The translations under genes were made by a program, and so were the position numbers. Below the pieces are notes generated by a model. It worked only from the letters and a program-made list of their open reading frames with translations, did no database searches and had not been told where the DNA came from. Below are positions 50,111-61,903 of a stretch of DNA of 64,000 bases, piece after piece; the first letter of the stretch is position 1; every line of letters begins with the position of its first letter. The stretch is taken from contig NC_081392.1 of the NCBI RefSeq assembly GCF_030684315.1, positions 9,159,113-9,223,112 on the forward strand, in the 5' to 3' direction. This DNA comes from Stegostoma tigrinum. Lineage: Eukaryota.

Positions 50111-52243
50111 GTTAGATTATGCAAGATTTAGGGAGCATAGGATGGGGAAGGAAACTGCAGGGGATGGGCACATTAGAAATGTGGAGCTTATTCAAGGAAA
50201 ATCTCCTGTGTGTCCTAGATAGGTATGTACCTGTCAGGCAGGGAGGAAGCTGTAGAGTGCGTGAGCCATGGTTTACGAAGCAAGTGGAATCTCTGGTCAA
50301 GAGGAAGAAGAAGGCTTATGTTAGGATGAGATGTGAAGGCTCAGTTAGGGCGCTTGAGGGCTATGAGGTAGCCAGGACAGACCTAAAGAGAGAGGTCAGA
50401 AGAGCCAGGAGACATGAGAAGTTGTTGGCGGATAGGATCAGGGTAAACCCTAAGGCTTTCAATTGGTATTTAAGGAATAAAAGAATGACGCAAGTAAGAT
50501 TAGGCCCAATCAAGGATAGTAGTGGTAAGTTGTGTGTGGAGTCAGATGAGATAGGGGAAGCGCTAAATGAATATTTTTCAACAGTATTCACTCTAGAAAA
50601 CGACAATGTTGTCGAGGAGAATACTGAGATACAGGCTACTAGACTAGTTGGGATTGAGGTTCACAAGGAAGAGGTATTAGAAATCCTACAGAGGGTGAAG
50701 ATAGATAAGTCCCCTGAGCCGGATGGGATTTATCCTCGGATCCTCTGGGAAGCCAGGGAGGAGATTGCCAAGCCTTTGACATTGATCTTTAACTCTTCAT
50801 TGTCTACAGGAATAGTGCCAGACAACTGGAGGATAGCAAATGTGGTTCCCCTGTTCAAGAAGGGGAGTAGAGACAACCCTGGTAATTATAGACCAGTGAG
50901 CCTTACCTCAGTTGTTGGTAAAGTGTTGGAAGAGGTTATAAGGGATAGGATTTATAATCATCTAGAAAATAATAAATTGATTAGTAATAGTCAGCACGGT
51001 TTTGTGAAGAGAAGGTCGTGCCTCACAAACCTTATTGAGTTCTTTGAGAAGGTGACCAAACAGGTAGATGAGAGTAAACCGGTTGATGTGGTGTATATGG
51101 ATTTCAGCAAGGCGTTCGATAAGGTTCCCCACAGTAGGCTTTTGTAGAAAATGTGGAGGAATGGAATTGTGGGAGATATAGCAGTTTGGATCGGAAATTG
51201 GCTTGTTGAAAGAAGACAGAGGGTAGTGGTTGATGGGAAATGTTCATCCTGGAGACCAGTTACTAGTGGTGTACCGCAAGGGTCGGTGTTGGGTCCACTG
51301 CTGTTTGTAATTTTTATAAATGACCTGGATGGGGGCGTAGAAGGATGGGTTAGTAAATTTGCAGATGACACTAAGGTTGGTGGAGTTGTGGATACTGACG
51401 AAGGATGCTGTCGGTTGCAGAGAGACATAGATAAGCTGCAGAGCTGGGCTGAGAGGTGGCAAATGGAGTTTAATGCAGACAAGTGTGAGGTGATACACTT
51501 TGGTAGAAGTAACCAGAAGGCAAAGTACAGGGCTAATGGTAAGATTCTTAGTAGTGTAGGTGAGCAGAGACATCTCGGTGTCCATGTACACAGATCCTTG
51601 AAAGTTGCCACCCAGGTTGACAGGGCTGTTAAGAAGGCACACAGTGTTTTAGCTTTTATTAATAGAGGAATCGAGTTCCGGAACCAAGAGGTTATGGTGA
51701 AGCTGTACAAAACTCTGGTGCGGCCGCACTTGGAGTATTGTGTACAGTTCTGGTCACCGCATTATAAGAAGGATGTGGAAGCTTTGGAAAGGGTGCAGAG
51801 GAGATTTACTAGGATGTTGCCTGGTATGGAGGGAAGATCTTACGAGGAAAGGCTGAGGAACTTGAGGCTGTTTTCATTAGAGAGAAGAAGGTTGAGAGGT
51901 GACTTAATTGAAACATATAAAATAATCAGATAGGGTGGATAGGGAGAACCTTTTTCCTAGGATGGTGACAGCAAGCACGAGGGGGCATAGCTTGAAATTG
52001 AGGGGTGAAAGACATAGGACAGATGTCAGAGGTAGTTTCTTTACTCAGAGGGTAGTAAGGGAATGGAACGCTTTGCCTGCAACAGTAGTAGATTCGCCAA
52101 CTTTAAGTACATTTAAGTCGTCATTGGATAAGCATATGGACGTACATGGAATAGTGTAGGTTAGATGGGCTTGAGATCGGTATGAAGGCTGGCACAACAT
52201 CGAGGGCCGAAGGGCCTGTACTGTGCTGTAATGTTCTATGTTC
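50111..52243 (+). mobile_element. Young 5'-truncated CR1 LINE (ORF2 RT), inserted into a SINE
   Basis: ORFs 50119-51147 and 51151-51933 are separated by one TAG. Motifs NYRPVSLTS, QHGF, DFSKAFDKVPH, GVPQGSVLGP and FADDTK; GTTCTATGTTCT tail. Confidence 0.95.
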
Positions 52244-52789
52244 TGGCCTATTTGTTACTCCAGACCTACAGCAAAGTGGTTGTCTCTTAACTTACCCTGT
52301 GAGCAATGAGGGATGGACAATAAATGCTGTCTAGCCAGTGACGCCCTCATCTCATTAATGAATGAAAGAAAAGATGATGGGCAAGCAATTAGAGAGACAC
52401 GACATGAGTTACCTGTTGCAGATTTCCTAGCTTCTGATCTGCTTGTGTACCCACAGTATTTATAGAGCTGATTCAGTTCAGTTTCTGGTCAGTGGTCTGT
52501 CTCTCAATCTTTCTCTATTTTTCTTTTCTTCTCTCTTTATATGTTTAAAAACCATATCTTCTTATGTTCCTTATTTTAAATGTGGACTGAAATGGGAAAA
52601 TGGATTCCTTCAAAAGGAAGAGATATTTGAAGGAATATTGCACATTTTAAAGACAACTTAACCGACACTCAGTTTAGCTGCTGTTTACACAACGGATATT
52701 TCAATCAGTGAATAAAATCTTGCGGCAGAGGAGTTGGAGCCGGGGGCCGTGGACAAATGGAGATTTGGCTAGCAATAAGTAGCCAAGTG

Positions 52790-52916
52790 GCTGACTCTCA
52801 CTGGGATACAGTTCCTGAAGGGGCTGAGTCTCTCTGGGATACAGTTCCTGAAGGGGCTGACTCTCGCTGGGATACAGTTCCTGAAGGGGCTGACTCTCTC
52901 TGGGATACAGCTCCTG
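52790..52916. repeat. 33 bp tandem repeat (~3.8 units)
   Basis: GCTGACTCTCACTGGGATACAGTTCCTGAAGGG repeated; the same unit occurs at 62991-63037. Confidence 0.9.
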
Positions 52917-53576
52917 TATGTGCTCTCTTACTGGGGCACAGTTTTATCTCACAAATTCAACCACAGAATGTTTACAACCCCGAAGGTGGCCATTTGGCCC
53001 ATCCTATCTGTGCTGGCTGTCCAAAACAGCAATCCCCTTGGTGCCATTCCCCTACACTTTCCCCAGAACGTCACACACTCTTCCTTTTCAGACGATCTAA
53101 TTTCATATTGTAAGTGTTGTATTGGAACTGCCTGCACTAAATCTCTGAGCTGAGTTCCAGATGACAAGCATTCTCTCACTGTGCGTGCAGTTGGCTTGTG
53201 GTGCAGCTTAATGCCAACAACGTGGGGTCAATTCCTGCACCAGCTGAGACTACCATGGTGCCATTCGGCCCGTATCCCTCTAAACTGTTCCTATGCATGC
53301 ACCTGTCCATATGTTTTTTAAATGTTGCACTGTTCCCACCTCTACCGCTTCCTCTGGCAGCTTGCTTCAGATATTTCCCACCCTTTGCGTGAAAAAGTTG
53401 TCTGGCGCGTCCCTTTTATATCTTTCCTCTCTCACCGTAAAGCTGTGCTGTCTGGATTTGGACTCCTCCACTCTGGGGAAAAGACTTTGCCATCTCCCCC
53501 TGTCTATGAATTAGTCTCCTTCTCAATCTCTCCCCTCGCCTGAGATATGGTGGCCCTCAGGTTAAACCTCTACCAG

Positions 53577-53803
53577 GATAATAAAATGTGAGGCTGGATG
53601 AACACAGCAGGCCAAGCAGCATCTCAGGAGCACAAAAGCTGACGTTTCGGGCCTAGACCCTTCATCAGACCCTTCTCTGATGAAGGGTCTAGGCCCGAAA
53701 CGTCAGCTTTTGTGCTCCTGAGATGCTGCTTGGCCTGCTGTGTTCATCCAGCCTCACATTTTATTATCTTGGAATCTCCAGCATCTGCAGTTCCCATTAT
53801 CTC
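53577..53803. mobile_element. Palindromic short PLE insertion with intact hammerhead motifs on both strands
   Basis: HHR on - at 53639-53668 and on + at 53677-53706; exact 14 bp TSD TAAACCTCTACCAG at 53563-53576 and 53804-53817. Confidence 0.92.
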
Positions 53804-54054
53804 TAAACCTCTACCAGTTGCCTTTCTCTTTCTGAATCTCTCCACCAACGAAAACTCTTTCTCCATCTGCACTCAGTTTGAATATCCTTTATTATCGCAT
53901 GCATTCAGTATTAACTACAGTGAAAAGTGTGTGTCATCGCTTGTATATAAGCACCATTCACAGAATAAAATAAGCAAAAACATAACTTAAAGAGCGTCCA
54001 ACTTTACCTTCTCTGCTGCTACAGCATACCACGGCCAGGGTCCCTCACCGGACT

Positions 54055-54515
54055 GCACCAGCCCACACCACGCTGCAGGAAGAATGATCCGGCTCCGGGT
54101 TTTCCAGCCCACACCACGCAGGAAGAATGGTCCCGCTCCGGGTTTTCCAGCTCACACCACGCAGGGAGAGGTGTCCCGCTCCGGGTTTTCCGGTCCACGC
54201 CATGTTGCAGAAAGAGAGGTGTCCCATTCCAGGTTTTCTAGCCCACGCCACGCAGGGAGAGGTGTCCCACTCCGGGTTTTCCAGCTCACACCACGCAGGG
54301 AGAGGTATCCGGCTCCGGGTTTTCCAGCCCACACCACGCTGCAGAGACAGTCTTCCCGCTCCAGATTTTCCAGCCCACATCATGCTGCAGAGACAGGTAT
54401 TCCACCCCGGGTTTTCCAGCCCACACCACGCAGGGAGAGGTATCCGGCTCCGGGTTTTCCAGCCCGCGCCACCTTGCAGAGACAGGGATTCCACTCCGGG
54501 TTTTCCAGCCCACAC
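54055..54515. repeat. GC-rich ~43-48 bp minisatellite (~10 units)
   Basis: Repeated CCAGCCCACACCACGCAGGGAGAGGT.TCC.GCTCCGGGTTTT. Confidence 0.88.
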
Positions 54516-54734
54516 CATACCGCTTGTCAGTGTCCGATCCCTGTGGAAGTGTGAATCCGGCTCCAGGTTTTACAAGCTGACCCAGAATCTCATGATGTTT
54601 TTTACACCTTAATCAAATCTCCTCTCAGCGCACTCTTCAAGGAAATCAGCCCCAACTAATCTAATCGTATCACTGAAGCTCTTCATCGCTGCTACCATTC
54701 TTGTCAACTCTGCAACCTCTTTCTTTCTCAGTGC

Positions 54735-55453
54735 ATTGAGTACAGGAGTTGGGAGGGTCATGTTGCGGCTGTACAGGACATTGGTTCAGAGATAATGGGA
54801 ACTGCAGATGCTGGAGAATCCAAGATAATAAAATGTGAGGCTGGATGAACACAGCAGGCCAAGCAGCATCTCAGGAGCACAAAAGCTGACGTTTCGGGCC
54901 TAGACCCTTCATCACAGAGCCACGTTTTGGAATGCTGTGTTCGGTTCTGGTCTCCCTGCTATAGGAACAACATTGCGAAACTTGAAAGGGTTCAGAAACT
55001 CTTACCAGGGTTGGAGGATTTGAGCTCCAGGAAGAGGCTGTATAGGCTGGGGCTGTTTTCCCCTGGAGCGTCGGTGGCTTCGGGCTGACCTTATAGAGGC
55101 TTATAAAATCATGGGGGGCATGGATAGCCAGGGTCTATTCCCCAGGGTAGGGGAATCCAAAGCCACAAAGTGTAAGTTTAAGGTGAGAGGGGAAAGATTC
55201 AAAAGGGACCTGAGGGATAACCTTTTCACGCAGAGGATGGTGCATGCATGGAATGAGCTGCCAGAGGAAGTGGTGGAGGCTGCTACAGTTACGACATTTA
55301 AAAGGCATCTGGATGGGTATATGTGTACGAAGGGTTTAGAGGGATATGGGCCAAATGCTGGCAAATGGGACTGGATTAATTTAGGATATCTGGTGGCGTG
55401 GATGAGTCGGACCAAGGGGTCTGTTTCCATGATATACACCTCCATGACTCTGT
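54735..55453 (+). mobile_element. CR1 3' fragment containing a short PLE insertion (54788-54914)
   Basis: GLFPRVGESK..FTQRMVHAWNELPEEVVEA and a CR1 tail. Confidence 0.8.
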
Positions 55454-56079
55454 GATTCACTAATGCCTTCACATCCTTCCCAAAGTGGTGTTTTGCCTGT
55501 ATAGCACTCTTTTAAACTTCACTGAAGCTCCAGTTGTTGCATTTGAGCCTTGAAGGCAAGTGTCCACGGGCTTTTTGACAGTGTGGTGCATCACACACTC
55601 TCCCAAACTGCTCCTTACCTAAAATCTCATTGCAAATCCTCACAATTATCCTGAACTCAAACTCAGGAACTTGAGAAACTGCTCTGTGGAACACACATAG
55701 CTATAGACTGAGTACCTCACTGGTCAGAATATTTACTCACTGGTTAGCTGGCCAGAGATCATTAATGTCCCTGTTGTGTTTAATAGAATGGACTGGGAGC
55801 TGTACAGTTGATTGGATCTGGCCCCTGTACATCCTGCCATTGTGACACGTTCCAGCTGATGTCACCCATGGGCCATTCATCAAGACCCTATCCCTCCCGG
55901 TGTCAGTGCTCTCACACTTTGGAGAGAACAGTGAGATGTTAGAATGAGCGACCCAGGGGGACACTCCCCCAATGTACTTTGGCTGAGTGAACACTAGGTA
56001 GAACGACCCCAAGAGTCTAATCGAAGAGCCAGAGGAGGGGATGAGTCGGGCACTGATCTGTCGAAGGAAACGAGAAGTC

Positions 56080-56122
56080 ATGGAGTCCCTGAACCTCATT
56101 GCTCTCCTTTTTCTATCAGGAG
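56080..56122 (+). CDS. Secreted phospholipase A2, signal-peptide exon
   Basis: gtcATGG MESLNLIALLFLSG with phase-1 donor G|GTCAGT, joining in frame to 58864. Confidence 0.75.
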
Positions 56123-56476
56123 GTCAGTGATGAGCAGTCAGTGTTTGGAGATCAATTTATGTTGATTGATTGGGAGGGGTGGTGGTGGAGGTTGAGTTTT
56201 GCAAAAAGGGATTTGAGTGAAAACTCTTTTCTACAGCAAAGTGATTGTAATATGGAACACACTGCCCAATAGAGACAGATTCAACCATGGTTTCAAGAGG
56301 AAATTGGATGAGCACCCCATCAAGGGAAAAATGAGGGAGTTGGACTAACTACATTTCTTTTACAGACAGGCAGTTTGAACCTGATGGAACAAATAGTCTC
56401 CATCCACATTGTATGATTCAATAATTATAACTAATCCCCACTGCCATTGAGAAAGTGGTATGGAGTTATTTACTTC

Positions 56477-56745
56477 AGAGATAATAGGAACTGCAGATGC
56501 TGGAGAATCCAAGATAACAAAGTGTGAAGCTGGATGAACACAACAGGCCAAGCAGCATCTCAGGAGCACAAAAGCTGACGTTTCGGGCCTAGACCCGTCA
56601 TCGGAGAGGGGGATGGGGAGAGGGTTCTGGAATAAATAGGAAGAGAGGGGGAGGTGGACTGAAGATGGATAGAGGAGAAGATAGGTGAGAGGGGTGTATC
56701 AGTGGGGAGGTAGGGAGGGGATAGGTCAGTTCGGGGAGGACAGTT
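56477..56745 (-). mobile_element. Short PLE with hammerhead-like motif
   Basis: Family consensus AGAGATAATAGGAACTGCAG...GACGTTTCGGGCCTAGACCC. Confidence 0.8.
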
Positions 56746-57244
56746 AGACCATTTCAGAGGGCAGTTACAAGTCAACTACATCATTGTGGGTCACAGGTCA
56801 TATGTAGGCCAGACCATGTAAGGATGGCAGATTTCCCATCAGTGAATAGGTAGGTTTTAAACAGCAGTTGACAATGGTTACTATGAGGTTGGCTTTTCAG
56901 TTTTAGATCTTACTGAATTCACATTTCACTGTAGTAGGATTTGAACTCATGGGCACCAGAACATCAGCTTGGGGCTCTGGATTACTCGTTCGGCAACATT
57001 ACCATGACACCACCAGCTCCCCTGTCTTTTTAGCTCCAATTAAGTGACTTTTCAGCTGCCATTTCTTGGTGGGGAGGGGGGGACGCAGTAAAGAGTGAAC
57101 CACACTGTGGAGACACATATACACCAGACTGGGTAAGGACAGCAGAGCTTCCTGCTTAAAGGATGTAAGGAACGCAGATGGCTCTTTAAAATAGCACACT
57201 TATCATGATAGTGACGCTAACGTTCTAGTCCCGATTTTAGTACA

Positions 57245-58475
57245 GGCTTTGTGCATGGAAAATTATGCCTCACAAACTTAATAGAGTGTTTTTAGAGGAA
57301 GTACCCAAAAAGATTGAAGTGGGCAGAACATTGGTTGTTATCTATGTGGGACTTTTGTAGAGGGCTTTGAAAAGGTTCCACATGGTGGACTGATTAGTAA
57401 AGTTAGATCACATGGGATTCAGGGAGAGCTTGTCAATTAGATGCAAAACTGGCTTGATGGTAGGAGACAGAAAGTGGTGTCGGAGGGTTGTTTGTCAGAC
57501 TGGAGGCCTGTAAACCAGTGGTGTGCCACCAGGATTGGGTCCACAATTTTTTGTCATTTATATAAATGATTTGGATGAGAATTTGATTAGTAAGTTTGCA
57601 AATGACGCCAAAATTGGTTGCATAGTCAACAGTGAAGAAGGTTGGCGAAGATTACAAGGGGATCGTGATCAATTGGGCCAAGGGGCTGTGGATTGGCAGG
57701 TGAAGTTTAATTTGAATAATTGTGAGGTGTTGTATTTAAGTAAAACAAACAAGGGCAGCATTTACACAGTTAATGGAGGGCCCTGGGTAGTGTTGTCGAA
57801 CAGGGAGATCTAGGGTTTCAGGTACATAGTGCTTTGAAAATAGTGTCACAGGTAGACAGGGTGGTTAGGAAGGCGTTTAGCACGCTTACCTTCATTGCTG
57901 ACACCTTTGAGTGTAGGAGTTGGTCATGTTGAGGTTGTCCTGGATGGTGGTGAGGCCACTTTTGGAATATTGTGCACAGTTCTTGTCGCACTGCTATACG
58001 AAGGATATTATTACATTGGAGACGGTTCAGAGAAGATTTACCAGGATGCTGCTGGGAATGGAGGGCTTGGGTTATTGGGATAGACTGGAACTTTATTCAC
58101 TGCAGCCTAAGATATTGAGGCTACTTCCTTGAAAGAGGTTTATAAAATCATGAGGGACATGGATAGGGGGAATAGCAAAAGTCTTTTCCCCAGGGTGGGG
58201 GATTTCAAAACTTAGAGGGGCATAGGTTTAAGGAGAGAGGAGAATCATTTAAAAGGGACATGAGGGGAAACTTTTTCACACAGAGGGTGGTGTGTGTGAG
58301 AAATGAGCTGCCAATGGAAGATGCAGGTACAGTTACAACATTTAAAAGACATTTGGACAGGTACACAAATAGGAAAGGTTTAGAGGGATATGGGCCAAAT
58401 GCAGGCAAATGGGATTAGTTCAGTTTGGGAAAATTGGTTGACATGGATGAGTTGGACCAAAATGGTCTGGTTCCA
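57245..58475 (+). mobile_element. Degenerate CR1 LINE 3' half
   Basis: LGPQFFVIYINDLDENLISKFANDAKIG; VRPLLEYCAQF. Confidence 0.85.
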
Positions 58476-58609
58476 ATAATCAATTGTCTTGATATCATTA
58501 GTAATGTAATTAACTAAAATTAATGTCCCTCAATTAACCCTCCTCACTTTGACAAGATAGTTCAGTGGGTATGTTTCCAGTAAAAAAATGCAGAGGCTAG
58601 TGATTTAAG

Positions 58610-58789
58610 AGATAGCAGGAACTGCAGATGTTGGAGAATCTGAGATAACACGGTGTAGAGCTGGATGAACACAGCAGGCCAAGCAGCATCTTAGGAGCAG
58701 GAAAGCTGACGTTTGGGGCCGAGACCCTTTTCTGAAGAAACATCAGCTTGGCCTGCTGTGTTCATCCAGCTCTTACACCTTGTTATGTA
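58610..58789. mobile_element. Palindromic short PLE insertion
   Basis: Inverted arms; TSD TAGTGATTTAAG at 58598-58609 and 58790-58801. Confidence 0.85.
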
Positions 58790-58863
58790 TAGTGATTTAA
58801 GGACATGTTTTCATTTAATTCACTCATTCATTTAACCTTACGCTAATTCTTGTTGTTTTGCAG

Positions 58864-59032
58864 CGATGTTATTTCCCACTCAAGGCTTTAAGATCGAAGG
58901 CAGGAATATGAACAATTTTGCAACTGTTGTGAACTGTGCCAATGAGAGTGTGAATAACCTGGCTATCTACAACTATGGTTGCTTCTGTGGGATTGGAGGA
59001 ACTGGCAACCAACCTGTTGATGCCATTGACAG
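58864..59032 (+). CDS. Secreted phospholipase A2 exon 2 (propeptide, N-terminal helix, Ca2+-binding loop)
   Basis: AMLFPTQGFKIEGRNMNNFATVVNCANESVNNLAIYNYGCFCGIGGTGNQPVDAIDR; ttgcag/gtagt. Confidence 0.92.
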
Positions 59033-60756
59033 GTAGTGGGAAGCAATGCCATGCATCATGTTGGACTTCATTTCAGAGGGAATAGAGTATGAAAATAGAG
59101 ACGTCGTGCTCAGATATACACTACATTGACCACACCACAGCTGGAATACTGTGAATAGGTTTGGTCCAATTATTGAATTGTAAAATCACTACAGAGTGAA
59201 AGCAAACCATTCAGCCCATCAAGTTCACACCAACCCTCCGAAGAGCATCCCATCCAGACCCACAGCCCCACTCCTCTATAATCCTGCAATTCCCATGGCT
59301 AACCCACCCAGCCTGCACATCCCTAGGTACGATGGGTATAGCCAATCCACTGTAACCTGCACATCTTTGGACTGTGGAAGGAAACCCATGCATACACAGC
59401 GAGAATGTGCAAACTCCGCACAGACAGTCACCTGAGGCCGGAATCAAACCTGTGAGGCAGCCGTGATAACCACTGATCCAAAGGCAGATAATGTAGCACT
59501 GGAGACGGTCCAGAGAAGGTTCACCAGATTGAATGGTAGACAGGTTGAGTAAGTTTGGCTTGTGCTTATTGGAGTTTACAAGAATGGATTTAGAAAGAAC
59601 CTTACTGAAATATACAAGATTTTCAGGAGACTTGGCAGAGTAAATATGAATCAGTTGTATCCCCTTGTAGGAGAGTCTAAGACCAGAGGACATCATCTCT
59701 GAATAATGGGGTGCCCATTTAAAACAGAGATGCTGAGGAATTTCTTCTCTCAGAGGATGGTGAATCTGTGGAATTCTTTACTGCAGAGGGCTGTTGAGAC
59801 TGGGTGGTAAGTGTGTTCAAGATTGTGATAGATTTGTAATTAATAAGGGAGTCAATGGTTGTGGGGAAAGGTGTGAAATTTGAGTTGAGGTTAAGGCTGA
59901 TGAGTTGTGGGCTGGTTGAATGACAGAGCACATCCAATGGACCAAATCCAGGACTACATTTGGTCCAATGCCTTATGGTCTTGAAAGAAACACTTTCTGT
60001 TCAGCACAATAGTGTGCATTTGGGCAGCACCTTTTGTATGCTAACTCACCGCCAGGCTCTTTAGGAGAAATGTTGTAAATCAGATTTTGACACTCATTCC
60101 CATAAGGCAGTGGATGGCCTAAAGTTTGGTAGGAGTGGTAAGTTCGAAGGAAGGAGAGCTTCGGGATAGAATTCCAGAGCTTGGGGCTTGGGCAAATTAA
60201 AACATGGGCTCTAATGGAGTGATTAAAACTGGGAATTCTCAAGAGGCCGAAATTAGAGCAGTGCTGATATCTCAGAGGGTCTGGGTTTGGAGGGGTTTCC
60301 AGACATAGGGAAGCAGTGCAGTTTGAAAATAAAGACGAGAACATTAAAATACTTGCTTTGCATTTCTGAGAGCCCAGTAGGTCAGCAAGGACAGGCATGA
60401 TAGGACGTTGGGATGCAACTATGGACAGGAGTGGAAGAATTTTGGATGCCAGTTAGGACCGTTGCAGTCATTCCTTTCCATGACTCATTTCCTCTAACGT
60501 GTACAAGCAGCATTAGATATATAAGGCAAGGGATTTTGCGAATTATAATTCAGACTATACAGAGCTCAGTACCAGAGACAAGTCAGCAGGATCCTTAAGT
60601 TAACAAATAAGAAAGTAGATATTGCAAAAAAAAACAAAAATGCAAACATTATTGATAAAATGTATAAATATCAACTGATTGTGATAATTTATGTACGCAA
60701 ACTCAAAGACACACAACTTCCTCCAAGCCTGGAAAAAGAATAGTAATTTAAAAGCA

Positions 60757-61037
60757 GAGATAATGGGAACTGCAGATGCTGGAGAATCCGAGATAACAAA
60801 GTGTGAAGCTGGATGAACACAGCAGGCCAAGCGACATCTTAGGAGCACAAAAGCTGACGTTTTGGGCCTAGACCCTTCATCAGAAAAGGGGATGGGGACA
60901 GGGTTCTGAAATAAATAGGGAGAGAGGGGGAGGCAGATCGAAGGTGGATAGAGGAGAAGATAGTTGGAGAGGGGACAGGCAAGTTAAAGGGGCGGGATGG
61001 AGCCTGTAGAGTATAGGTGGGGAGGTAGGAAGGGGCA
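60757..61037 (-). mobile_element. Short PLE copy
   Basis: Family consensus with GACGTTTTGGGCCTAGACCCTTCATCAG. Confidence 0.8.
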
Positions 61038-61459
61038 GGTAACTTTGAAGAGAAGGAATTTTTGAGGGTTTTCCAAAAGGCTGCAGCTCAGGTCACTTTC
61101 TGCACAAGCTGTTGGAGTTGGGGTTTGTTCCTGGATCTGTTGTGGCTGTTTGAAATTTTTTTTCTGAAGATAGCAGTGTACATTCAGACTTCTCCTTTGA
61201 GAATCCTGCATGGTGACGACATCTTCCAGTGGATTTTCAAAAGACAAAGTTTGATGGGGTGAGGGTGCTTCAGAGACAGAGTGCAAAGTTTGGCACTCTC
61301 TGGCAAGTGCTGTTTCTTCCACCCATAGATTGAGTCATGCAGCCTATCTCTAAAAGTGTTGTAGATTGACTTGCATGTGTGTGTGTATGCATGCGTCCAT
61401 TTGTATGTGTGAGAGCATCTGTAGGTATGTATCTGTAGTTGCATTGCGACATTCTCCAT

Positions 61460-61903
61460 CGTATGTGTGTGTGTGTGTGTGTGTTTGCAAGTGCATTAAT
61501 GTGTGTGTGCATTAATGTGTGTGCATGTGCATTAATGTGTGTGTACATGTGCATTAATGTGTGTGTGCATGTGCATTAATGTGTGTGTACATGTGCATTA
61601 ATGTGTGTGTGCATGTGCATTAATGTGTGTGCTTGTCGATTAATGTGTGTGTGCATGTGCATTAATGTGTGTGTGTACATGTGCATTAATGTGTGTGTGC
61701 ATGTGCATTAATGTGTGTGTGCATGTGCATTAATGTGTGTGTACATGTGCATTAATGTGTGTGTGCATGTGCATTAATGTGTGTGCTTGTCGATTAATGT
61801 GTGTGTGCATGTGCATTAATGTGTGTGTGTACATGTGCATTAATGTGTGTGTGCATGTGCATTAATGTGTGTGTGCATGTGCATTAATGTGTGTGTACAT
61901 GTG
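61460..61903. repeat. (TG)n-derived ~20-24 bp minisatellite
   Basis: Repeated GCATTAAT(GT)nGCATGT / (GT)nACATGT. Confidence 0.92.

Noticed and set aside
50991-51710. 239 aa minus-strand ORF
   Set aside because: Antisense shadow of the CR1 RT ORF.
52790-52916. CRISPR-like array
   Set aside because: Units are contiguous with no unique spacers, and the context is eukaryotic.
53577-53803. DNA-transposon MITE interpretation of the palindromes
   Set aside because: Arm lengths, junctions and TSD lengths differ between copies, and single-arm copies continue into PLE coding sequence. This fits retrotransposition better.
54045-54612. Overlapping ~157 aa ORFs
   Set aside because: Artifacts of a stop-poor minisatellite.
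56041-56079. In-frame upstream ATG adding MSRALICRRKREV to the PLA2
   Set aside because: The ATG at 56080 has better context and gives a normal signal peptide; TSS data would be needed to support the longer form.
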